Made by a program: the position numbers and the translations under genes
Source: a virus
Taxonomy: Duplodnaviria > Caudoviricetes
Reading direction: 5' to 3' (one strand)
Length of the DNA: 64,000 nt
IMG/VR virus record: IMGVR_UViG_2595698668_000001
Location: 167,744 to 231,743 of that record
In this document: positions 35,817 to 44,418 of the stretch, in pieces
How positions within the stretch are numbered: position 1 is the stretch's first letter
Layout of the letters: every line of letters begins with the position of its first letter
The notes under the pieces: model-generated
Database searches by the model: none
The model's input: only the letters and a program-made list of their open reading frames with translations
What the model was told of the DNA's origin: nothing

Positions 35817-36668
35817 ATGAAAATGAAATTTAGTGAATTCGTTCAATTGGAAGAAAAATTGATGGTATTCGGAAAGAAGGCATACCCTAAGTTTAACAAC
35901 GTCTTGATCTTGGCTGGTGGGGCCGGTTCAGGAAAGGGATTTGTTACTTCTAAACTAGTTGGTCTGGAAGGTATTACCCTAGACGTAGACCGTGTAAAAG
36001 AGCTTGCTATGGCATCCACAAAGCTCGCTGGACGCATTAAAGCAGAAACCGGACACGATATATCAAAGTTTGACTTGAAGAAGCCAGAAAACGTTTCTAC
36101 TCTGCATAACCTTCTATCTGATGTATACAAGACAACCAAGAACATGGATAAACGTGTTTTTAATGGTGTATTGGCTGCTCCGGAAGATCGTAAACCTAAT
36201 TTGATCTTCGACGTTACCCTTAAAGATATGGGTAAGATGGCTCAAATTGCAAAACAGGTTCGTGAACTTGGTTATAACAAGGAAAACGTTCATATCGTGT
36301 GGGTAATGAATGATATCAACGTTGCTATGAAACAAAACGCCGAACGTTCCCGTACTGTACCGGTTGAGATTCTTGTTGCAACTCATGAGGGTGCAAGTAT
36401 GACCTTCAAAAATCTAATGGCTATGGGTGAAGGTGCTCGGAGTTATGCCGATGGAGATTGGTATATTGCCTTCAATAAAATCGGGGTTGACTCTTCTATT
36501 GCTAAATCTGGTAAGGGTGGTTCTTATGTTAAAGAAGCAAACTACATCAGAGTGAAACAACAGGGCAAAGCTCCGATGAAAGCAACTGAACTTGATAAAC
36601 AGATTGTGAATAAGATTTCTGATTATATTCCAAACCCAGAAACATGGGCTATGGTAATGAAGAAATAA
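35817..36668 (+). CDS. P-loop kinase (AAA_33/zeta-toxin-like), late expressed
   Basis: ILAGGAGSGKG, LIFDVT, QNAERSRTVP lid; CTAAATA at 35780-35786. Confidence 0.8.
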   Translation: MKMKFSEFVQLEEKLMVFGKKAYPKFNNVLILAGGAGSGKGFVTSKLVGLEGITLDVDRVKELAMASTKLAGRIKAETGHDISKFDLKKPENVSTLHNLLSDVYKTTKNMDKRVFNGVLAAPEDRKPNLIFDVTLKDMGKMAQIAKQVRELGYNKENVHIVWVMNDINVAMKQNAERSRTVPVEILVATHEGASMTFKNLMAMGEGARSYADGDWYIAFNKIGVDSSIAKSGKGGSYVKEANYIRVKQQGKAPMKATELDKQIVNKISDYIPNPETWAMVMKK

Positions 36669-36720
36669 AGGTACTAAATAAAAGGGGCATGATGCCCCTT
36701 TATCTTTTGAGGTATTATAA

Positions 36721-37488
36721 ATGAAATTTTATTCTAAAGGTTCGTCTGTCACCTTGAGTTCAGAAATTACCACCGAAGGTGCAACTTATGTGTGGAAAAA
36801 AGGGTCTACCGTCATTTCCGGTAAAACAGAAAAAGACCTTATTATTAGTTCTTTCGGGGCTTCTGATGTTGCCACTTATACAGTAACTGCAACAGTAGAT
36901 ACTACCGACACCGACACGGTTTTTGAAGTTGGTATGGCTGAATTGGATCTTACACCACAACCACTACAAACCATTACCCTTGAGGAAGGTGGTAGTTTTA
37001 CATCTACTATGACGGCAGTCGTTAAATTTACCCCAGATACCGCTGGTGATAATAAGTCTGATTTTACGATCAAATATCAATGGAAGAAAGGCCCCATTAA
37101 CGTATCTGGTGCAACCTCTGCGGTATTAACAAAAAACAACGTCGTTGTTGCGGACTCTGGTAATTATCTGGTTGAGGTAACTCTGATGGATAAAACTACT
37201 TCTGGTCAAATGATTTCGACTAGAATGGTTGATCTAACCGTTGTTACGAAGGTTCTTGAGTCTCTATGGAAAGTTATCCCTCTTGAGTATAGAGGAACTA
37301 GCTTTACTTGGATTGGATACTGGGTTATTGATGAAATAAAGAAAAATCCATCATGGTTTACAGACTATAGCTCTCTGAAATATAAAGACGAAATAGAAAC
37401 CATAGTTAAAGCGTTTGATGAATATGGGGAAGTTGAACTACAAGAATCCAGAAATGGTCGGATCCTAAAGGTTAGTGACTTAAAATAA
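36721..37488 (+). CDS. hoc: Hoc head outer capsid protein (2 Ig domains)
   Basis: Two Ig-like domains (YVWKK/YQWKK, DSGNY) and C-terminal W.GYWVIDEI...QESRNG capsid-binding motif. Confidence 0.88.
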   Translation: MKFYSKGSSVTLSSEITTEGATYVWKKGSTVISGKTEKDLIISSFGASDVATYTVTATVDTTDTDTVFEVGMAELDLTPQPLQTITLEEGGSFTSTMTAVVKFTPDTAGDNKSDFTIKYQWKKGPINVSGATSAVLTKNNVVVADSGNYLVEVTLMDKTTSGQMISTRMVDLTVVTKVLESLWKVIPLEYRGTSFTWIGYWVIDEIKKNPSWFTDYSSLKYKDEIETIVKAFDEYGEVELQESRNGRILKVSDLK

Positions 37489-37512
37489 AAAGAGCCTTCG
37501 GGCTCTTTTTTT
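37489..37512 (+). terminator. Intrinsic terminator after hoc
   Basis: AAGAGCC-TTCG-GGCTCTT-TTTTT. Confidence 0.85.
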
Positions 37513-37554
37513 CATTTCATAATCTCTAAATATGTTATATTAAGGAGAATTGAA

Positions 37555-37971
37555 ATGAAATATGAAAACAGTAAAGGTATAGATAGACAAAATATGCCTC
37601 AAATTGCAGCAGAGAACGTCCCCGGATTTTTGGATTGGTGTACAACAAACGGGGTCGGGTTCGTTAAGGAGAGGGTTAAAGTAAAGACTTTACTTCCGAC
37701 GCAATCAGAGTATAATGAAGAAAAAGTGGAAAAGATGAGAAGTGCGCCATATAGTGTGTTATCAAAACCTATTGTTGTTTCTGATGATAACTATATTCTA
37801 GACGGACATCATCGGTATAGTGCGTTATTAGCCAATGATGGTAATAACCTGATTGAAATATATCGGGTACGTTGTGATATTGTGGAGCTATTGATTGCGG
37901 CTCATAAATTTCCACTAACCTTTTATAAAGGGCTCAAAGAGAGTCGCAAAAAGTTTTCTGATTTTATCTGA
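37555..37971 (+). CDS. ParB/Srx-like protein
   Basis: LLPTQSE, PIVVS.DNYILDGHHRY; CTAAATA at 37526-37532. Confidence 0.8.
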   Translation: MKYENSKGIDRQNMPQIAAENVPGFLDWCTTNGVGFVKERVKVKTLLPTQSEYNEEKVEKMRSAPYSVLSKPIVVSDDNYILDGHHRYSALLANDGNNLIEIYRVRCDIVELLIAAHKFPLTFYKGLKESRKKFSDFI

Positions 37972-37979
37972 GGTATGAT

Positions 37980-38555
37980 ATGTCTAGTTTACATTTCCAT
38001 CATTCCGCAATGAATGCGGGAAAAAGTTCTCATTTATTGCAAGTTGCTTATAATTATGAAGAAAGAGGGATGGGAGTTTTAGTTTTAAAACCGTGTATTG
38101 ATACTCGTGATGGAGAAATGGTTTCTTCTCGATTGGGTGTTTCTCGTCCATCAATTATGTTTTCTAATAGAGAAAATTTAACCGATCTTTATTTGAGTTA
38201 TAAGATCGGAAAGAAAATAGATTGTATTCTTATCGATGAAGCCCAATTTATGACGGTTGAACAAGTAAAACAACTGGCTTTTATTGTTGATAACTACGAT
38301 GTTCCTGTTATGTGTTATGGTCTTATGTCTGACTCCAATGGAGAGATGTTTGATGCAAGTCGTCAACTTGTGGTTATGGCGGAGCAAATCGTGGAACACA
38401 AAACAATTTGTTGGTGTGGTTCGAAAGCAACAATGAACCTTCGAGTTGATGAAAACGGTAAAAAAGTTATTGGTGATCAAGTTTGTATTGGCGGAAACGA
38501 TAGATACATTTCTGTTTGTCGCAAACATTGGGTTGCTGGTATGAGTGGAAAATGA
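37980..38555 (+). CDS. tk: Thymidine kinase
   Basis: SAMNAGKS, ILIDEAQF, C.CG...Y.SVCRKH. Confidence 0.96.
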   Translation: MSSLHFHHSAMNAGKSSHLLQVAYNYEERGMGVLVLKPCIDTRDGEMVSSRLGVSRPSIMFSNRENLTDLYLSYKIGKKIDCILIDEAQFMTVEQVKQLAFIVDNYDVPVMCYGLMSDSNGEMFDASRQLVVMAEQIVEHKTICWCGSKATMNLRVDENGKKVIGDQVCIGGNDRYISVCRKHWVAGMSGK

Positions 38556-38585
38556 AAAAGGGATCCCTATTTGGGATCCCTTTTT
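38555..38585. terminator. Bidirectional terminator between tk and e
   Basis: AAAAA-GGGATCCC-TATTT-GGGATCCC-TTTTT. Confidence 0.85.
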
Positions 38586-38587
38586 GT

Positions 38588-39088
38588 TTATGCGAATGGA
38601 TAACCTTTGTAAGTACCAGTCTCAATAATGTCTGTAACTCTCTTAGCGCGATTTGGTGTTTGTCTCGCCCAAGCACTAGCAAGACCGTGCTTCTTGGCTT
38701 CTACCCAGTTCTTGGAGCGCATAGCGCGAAGCATTGACGGGAACCCATTTACACCTTTAGCACCCATCTGAAAAACCATATTTTCCAATGCGGTTTTTCT
38801 AACCTCATCTAATCCGACATATGTAGACCACAAATCGACATACCCCTTCATAGAATTTCTAACTACTTCAAGGTCTTTAGAAAAAAGTTGACTTTCTTCT
38901 AACTGAGTAATCTTCCCATCGGTAATAACTCTCCCAACATGAGAACTTAACTCGCGGTTAATTTCTCCCATGTCTTTGGTACGGAGCCTTTTTATTAAAT
39001 GTCCGATACCAATTGTTGGGTATCCTTCGGTGTCCCAATAAACTACTAGCTTACTACCCTCATCAAATTTAAGCATTTTCTCTAACAT
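38588..39088 (-). CDS. e: Soluble lysozyme (endolysin)
   Basis: DEG...Y.DTEGYPTIGIGH catalytic E/D/T, NMVFQMG, W.RQTPNRAKRV. Confidence 0.96.
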   Translation of the reverse strand: MLEKMLKFDEGSKLVVYWDTEGYPTIGIGHLIKRLRTKDMGEINRELSSHVGRVITDGKITQLEESQLFSKDLEVVRNSMKGYVDLWSTYVGLDEVRKTALENMVFQMGAKGVNGFPSMLRAMRSKNWVEAKKHGLASAWARQTPNRAKRVTDIIETGTYKGYPFA

Positions 39089-39133
39089 ATAAACCCCTTG
39101 AAATAAGGCTCCCGAAGGAGCCTAATTAATTAA

Positions 39134-42100
39134 TTAAGTAATGCGTTGTGCAAGTGTGACGTTCCAAGAACCCCAACCATCAGAGTTTTGTGATTGTGCT
39201 CTTGACACCCCCATCAATCTCCAAGTTCCATAGTTACAAGCAACGAGGTTAGTACCTTCTGCGTTAGAAAACTGGATCTGTGTCCCTTGTAGGACCGCAC
39301 CCGGACCAAGTGGACCAAGGTTGGCTTTAACCGTGATCATTGCATAAGATCCAATATCCATATTACCACCACCGTTAACAACGGAACGTAATATCACACC
39401 ATCTGGGATTGGGTTTGATGCAGAGTAAACACGGTTACCAGCGTCATAAACACCATTTCCTGTAACGTTGGTTCCTGCATTCAACGCACCTCTTAATGCA
39501 ATATTACCATCGGTATCCAATTGCATTCTTAAAAGCGTTTCACCAGCAGAACCATTTGAAGTAACAAATCTCAGATTGCCATCTTGTCCTTTGTAGATCA
39601 TTGCTGCTGTCCTACCCGGTGTATGAAACTCAATTAATGTATTACCGGCACTCGTGAGTGAAATATAACCACCTACATCAATGCTACCAGTACGTATCGA
39701 GCCATTCACGGTAGCATTATTGGCTACTGTTAACGTTGTTGCGTAAAGACCTGCATTAGCTTTAAATGTTCCATCTGTTGCAATAGTAACCGGTAACTGT
39801 TGCAACACACCATCCAAATATCTATGGATATTAAATTCCCGTGTGCTTGCATCAATACCCATCCCCCACGTTACGCCGGTACGAGAAGTATTTGGTGCAA
39901 GAACCAGACCACCGTTATTTTCAATCAGCATTGACGGAGAAACTAGAGTATCCGTCGCAACACGAATGGCACCTTTTTCGAATGTCATTGCAACTCGGTT
40001 TACGGTATCACCCGTCGCACGAACAGCAATATATGGGTTAGCGTTAGCTGGGGTTTCCATACTCAACCATTTAGTACTGGTTGAATCTTGAGAGATCAAT
40101 CCACCTCTTGCAAAAACAGTAGTACTCGACTCAACACCAGCAGCACTAATTTGCAAAATCTGGTTTTCACCTGCATTACCATGTTTAACTTTTAGGTAAT
40201 TACCCTCGGCAAACAAGTGATACATTGTATTGGCTTGGTCTTGGAAACTAATAGATTTCTGGTTATCAACTTTAATTGCGCCTTTAGTATTAGCAACAAT
40301 TATAGGTCCAGTCATTGTTCCCCCAGAAAGAGGTAAACCCGTTGATACTCGGCTATCAACATAATCTTTGCGAGTAAGTGCTGATGCATGATCATATTGA
40401 GACGTCGATGATACTGGGTTTGCAATGGCGAATGTTCCATCCGTTTGATATTTGAAAATAGCAAGACCGCTTGATGTATCCTTGTTTAAACGGATAGTGG
40501 CCCCATCTACTACAAAACCAAATTTACTGGAACTGTTGTCGGTTTCATCCATCCAAATTTGCGGGGCGCTGGCTTGAATTGTCAAAGTACCGGTCAATGT
40601 CCCACCAGACAAATTAAGCTTTTTGTTAAGCTCCGTATTGATCTGTGCGGTTGTCATCGTTCCAACATCAACCGCAGTTGGTTTATTACCAACATGATAG
40701 ATATCATAGTCGGTGTTATTAACTCTAACCTTCGGATTAATAGTACCAGAAGCTAATGTTAAACCAGATGGCGAACGTTCAACGTAATAATCAGATCCAC
40801 TACCAAGAGACAATCTTGTTGTGTTACCAGAGTTAAATCTAACATCCCCGGTTACAGTACCACCAGTTAAAGACAACGCTCCAACATCAGCAGAAGTAGG
40901 TTTAAACTCTTCGTTATAATCACGATACCATGGTTTCCATGCCCCTGTATTATATTGAGCACGAGACCAAACCTCGGATGAGTTATATACCCAATATTTT
41001 TGAATTACACCAGCAGAAGTAGTAACAATCAAGTTACCTGCTTTCTCAACTGGATAGTTCAAACTAGTCAATGCTTTAGCGTTGGCAACTTGGCTATATA
41101 TACCAGAGGTTTTTATATCGTTGAGGTTATCAGTATCTTTCAATGTAATAATAGAACTAAAACCACCAAGAGCAACACCATCAACATATGCCTTATTGGT
41201 AAGGTTATTTGAAGATGAAGGTGCTTGGTTATTGGATATTGTACCATTCGAGTTAAATGTTGTCTCACCAGTTGCAGTTCCGGAACCATTTGGTCTGATT
41301 ACAACACCAGATGTATTATTCGAAGCCCCGCCCAAAATAGTTCGGTTATCAAAATAAACACCTTGTTGTGCATTTGCTTCATATTGTAGTGCATAACCAG
41401 AAGCAGTTACTGAGTATTTTTCCGCACTAACAACGCCAGTATTAATACCTACTTTCTTGCCAGCATGAGTGAATTCCGCACCAGAAGCTCTACTTAAAAC
41501 CAACGTACTTGTATCACCTGTCGATCCGTCAGAACCACGACGCCATCTGGAAGCTAAGAACAAACGACCTTCATATTCGTTAGGGATTGTTGTATTTTCT
41601 GCCTGACCAATTATTCTAGCTAGTAGATCCGCGCTATGTGGGTCATATCTATTAGTTGCCCCAGCTCGGAATCCTAGTTCACCTATTGTATAAGCAATAC
41701 CAGCAGCAACACCATCACGATACTTTTCCTTGGTATAAGATACGTAAGGATAAACCGAATCGTCATTAGTTGAGTTATTGTGTCTTAATACCCCAGATCT
41801 ATAGGTGTTAACTTGTTCCCAAACACCAGTAGGTATCCAAGGACTCCAACCAGTAGACGCATTCTGCCAAATCCGTGTGTATGCACGTTGTGTGGTTAGG
41901 TCTGCAACATTCACATGATAATAGAATGTCTGAATAGTCATATTATCAAAAGAACGTTGCTTAACTTCTACCATACCAGTATGTGTGGATGCAGTTGGTG
42001 AATTATCAATACCATTTGCCCAACTACCATCAACAGTAAACACACCAGTTGTCTTAACTAGGTTGAAATCACGAACCCCACCAGTTACGGTTGTTGCGTT

Positions 42101-43123
42101 TGGACCATCACCAACACCAAGACCCATACCACCAACAGGTTGTTTGTTCAAAGATGTATACATCTCAGCCCAAGGCTGCCAAACACCGATATATTGACGA
42201 CGAACCCATACTCTATTTTCTGTATAAGAAAAGAATATTTGAGCATTAGCCCCATTACCCCATTTGGTAACAAGAAGAGTCGAACCACTAGGACCAGTTC
42301 CATTTGGTGTATTTTTGGTATTGGCAAAGATACCATAGTTACCGGGCATAATTGCTTTATCGCAATCATCTTCTGGTGGACGCTCATATACCGCCATCGC
42401 CTTTACTTCTTCCGCACTAGGCAAATTACCTTTATGGAAAATATCATAGTTTGTATTTCCATAGGACACTTGAGGATTAACCCCAGTAGCCATATTAAAT
42501 CTTACTTGAGTGAGAGGTGTACCATACCAACCACTAAAGGCAATTCTTTGGTCTGTGACGTCTCTATCTACTTTACCACCTTGGAAATAAAGTAAGGAAC
42601 CAGATGCAACCAGACGTTGTGCATATGTATTGGTAGCAGAATCATAAACTTCAACTTGACCGTTGGACTTGATTCTATTCGCCTCGACTTGACCGTTAAC
42701 CATTAGGTTTCCAGTCATAGTGTCGCCATCTCTATTAACAGCTCGAACAGGCAAACCGTCAAGTTTTGTTTTGTCTTCTTTACTCATTGCCCCATGGGCG
42801 GTTTGTGTTGCGTTATTAATTGAAACTCGCGGACTTACACCGGTTGTAACGACGATTGGGAGAGTCCCTGTTACAGATTTCACCGATGAACTATCTAGGT
42901 TATCAACATAACCTTTAATGGCAACTTCATTAGAATTGACAGGAGTTTTATATGTCAATGTTCCGGTAAAGGTTTTAGCCCCACCAATAGATTGATTACT
43001 AACACTATCAATAACCTCATTACCATTATAAAACAGCTTAACGTCTTGCGGGGAAAATGGTAGGTTAGTCTGTGTCCAAACTAATCCACCCCCAGCGGTA
43101 GACGAACTCTTAAGGTCTGCCAT
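39134..43123 (-). CDS. Large distal long-tail-fibre protein with gp36-type N-terminus
   Basis: MADLKSSSTAGGGLVW..NLP resembles T4 gp36; shaft repeats (GGTMTG, NKPTA.DVG) and knob domains; CTAAATA at 43162-43168. Confidence 0.85.
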   Translation of the reverse strand: MADLKSSSTAGGGLVWTQTNLPFSPQDVKLFYNGNEVIDSVSNQSIGGAKTFTGTLTYKTPVNSNEVAIKGYVDNLDSSSVKSVTGTLPIVVTTGVSPRVSINNATQTAHGAMSKEDKTKLDGLPVRAVNRDGDTMTGNLMVNGQVEANRIKSNGQVEVYDSATNTYAQRLVASGSLLYFQGGKVDRDVTDQRIAFSGWYGTPLTQVRFNMATGVNPQVSYGNTNYDIFHKGNLPSAEEVKAMAVYERPPEDDCDKAIMPGNYGIFANTKNTPNGTGPSGSTLLVTKWGNGANAQIFFSYTENRVWVRRQYIGVWQPWAEMYTSLNKQPVGGMGLGVGDGPNATTVTGGVRDFNLVKTTGVFTVDGSWANGIDNSPTASTHTGMVEVKQRSFDNMTIQTFYYHVNVADLTTQRAYTRIWQNASTGWSPWIPTGVWEQVNTYRSGVLRHNNSTNDDSVYPYVSYTKEKYRDGVAAGIAYTIGELGFRAGATNRYDPHSADLLARIIGQAENTTIPNEYEGRLFLASRWRRGSDGSTGDTSTLVLSRASGAEFTHAGKKVGINTGVVSAEKYSVTASGYALQYEANAQQGVYFDNRTILGGASNNTSGVVIRPNGSGTATGETTFNSNGTISNNQAPSSSNNLTNKAYVDGVALGGFSSIITLKDTDNLNDIKTSGIYSQVANAKALTSLNYPVEKAGNLIVTTSAGVIQKYWVYNSSEVWSRAQYNTGAWKPWYRDYNEEFKPTSADVGALSLTGGTVTGDVRFNSGNTTRLSLGSGSDYYVERSPSGLTLASGTINPKVRVNNTDYDIYHVGNKPTAVDVGTMTTAQINTELNKKLNLSGGTLTGTLTIQASAPQIWMDETDNSSSKFGFVVDGATIRLNKDTSSGLAIFKYQTDGTFAIANPVSSTSQYDHASALTRKDYVDSRVSTGLPLSGGTMTGPIIVANTKGAIKVDNQKSISFQDQANTMYHLFAEGNYLKVKHGNAGENQILQISAAGVESSTTVFARGGLISQDSTSTKWLSMETPANANPYIAVRATGDTVNRVAMTFEKGAIRVATDTLVSPSMLIENNGGLVLAPNTSRTGVTWGMGIDASTREFNIHRYLDGVLQQLPVTIATDGTFKANAGLYATTLTVANNATVNGSIRTGSIDVGGYISLTSAGNTLIEFHTPGRTAAMIYKGQDGNLRFVTSNGSAGETLLRMQLDTDGNIALRGALNAGTNVTGNGVYDAGNRVYSASNPIPDGVILRSVVNGGGNMDIGSYAMITVKANLGPLGPGAVLQGTQIQFSNAEGTNLVACNYGTWRLMGVSRAQSQNSDGWGSWNVTLAQRIT

Positions 43124-43184
43124 TTTTAAATTCCTCTATTTTGAAATTGTTTCTACTCTTTTATTTAGGTAACAAAAAAGTCCC

Positions 43185-43484
43185 TTATTTGGGGACTTTT
43201 TGACATTGTGGTTCTTTCAGATCCTTTCTATAAGAACATAACATTCTATTTTGAGAATCTATATAAACACCTATTTTTTCAAGCCAAGCCCTATATCTTA
43301 AACTGTCTTCATATGACATCCCGACATAAGTTGTTTCACCTTCCTTAATAACAGTCCATTTAGGAATATAAGTTTTTACAGGGGTTGGTCTATTTGGATG
43401 AAACACTAATACCGGATCTGGTTTCGGTGGAGTTGAACAGGCAGCCAAAACCACTATACACATCATAATTAGAATTTTTTTCAT
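43185..43484 (-). CDS. o-spanin (lipoprotein)
   Basis: Lipobox LAAC, Pro-rich, YVGMSYEDS...LC.YR..L.E..C as in T4 PseT.2. Confidence 0.85.
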   Translation of the reverse strand: MKKILIMMCIVVLAACSTPPKPDPVLVFHPNRPTPVKTYIPKWTVIKEGETTYVGMSYEDSLRYRAWLEKIGVYIDSQNRMLCSYRKDLKEPQCQKVPK

Positions 43485-43858
43485 TTACATTCCCCTAGAG
43501 TAAGGCAATCCATTCTGTTTCCGAACTCTTCATAATCCTTCTGGATTATCTTCTCTACTAGCTTAGGTTTCTTGTTTATTGCATCCTTACCGCGACTGGC
43601 ATTAGATTCCAGTGTACCAATGCGCTTAGAAAGCTCTCTGTTCGATTTCTCTTCCGTCTGACTATACTCACTAGACTGTTGTTTGAAATCGCTTATACTC
43701 AATTCTATGGCTGATAGTCTGGACGTCGTTATTTCTAGTTGTTGGGTCATCTCTCCGATTGTTATAGCCTGTGATTCGATCTTGTTGAACATATACCAAG
43801 CAGATCCACCAACCAGAATAAGAAGAACTCCAAATATAATTGCCTTGTATCGTACCAT
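43481..43858 (-). CDS. i-spanin
   Basis: N-terminal TM, coiled coil, KPKLVEKII motif; start MVRYK after GGAG RBS. Confidence 0.85.
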   Translation of the reverse strand: MVRYKAIIFGVLLILVGGSAWYMFNKIESQAITIGEMTQQLEITTSRLSAIELSISDFKQQSSEYSQTEEKSNRELSKRIGTLESNASRGKDAINKKPKLVEKIIQKDYEEFGNRMDCLTLGECK

Positions 43859-43875
43859 TGTTAATCTCTCCAAAT

Positions 43876-43910
43876 AAAAAGGCTCCAACCTTATTTAGGT
43901 TGGAGCCTTT
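43876..43910 (-). terminator. Terminator hairpin containing the spanin late promoter
   Basis: 14-bp stem with CTAAATA at 43892-43898. Confidence 0.7.
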
Positions 43911-43923
43911 GGGAGAAAAATGA

Positions 43924-44418
43924 TTACTTTTTATCCCATTCAACACAAATCAATTCTTCGAAATCGTCTTCATCAAAACAATTTTCAATAACTTGCGAAA
44001 TGATGTCCCAATCTCCACCGGCAACACCCGCGCCAATTTTTGGAAATACAAGGCGATATCCTTCATATCCAAAATCTTCTGCCAGTTGAATGAATCCATC
44101 CTCCAACGCATCCAATCGAAGATCTCGACCGGGGAAATATTGTGTGTATAGGTTGATTAAGCGAGAATCGTATTTTAATGGGGTCCAGCTATATTGACCA
44201 AGCATTCCAATATCCACTTGACCGTTTGTCTTAAACAGTCGTTGGAAATGTGCGTCTACAATAGGTGCATCTGGAAAATTCATGGCAATACCAGCAGCAA
44301 TACCGGAACCCATTGCAGTATGACAATTACACCCATGAACGAACAGGGTTGGGATCTTCAAAACTTCTGGGTCTTTCATCATGGCGATCATATCGCCTTT
44401 AACATAACGAATTTTCAT
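43924..44418 (-). CDS. Macrodomain protein (ADP-ribose binding/hydrolase)
   Basis: VKGD, HGCNCHTAMGSGIA, INLYTQ, FPKIGAGVAGGDW. Confidence 0.9.
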   Translation of the reverse strand: MKIRYVKGDMIAMMKDPEVLKIPTLFVHGCNCHTAMGSGIAAGIAMNFPDAPIVDAHFQRLFKTNGQVDIGMLGQYSWTPLKYDSRLINLYTQYFPGRDLRLDALEDGFIQLAEDFGYEGYRLVFPKIGAGVAGGDWDIISQVIENCFDEDDFEELICVEWDKK

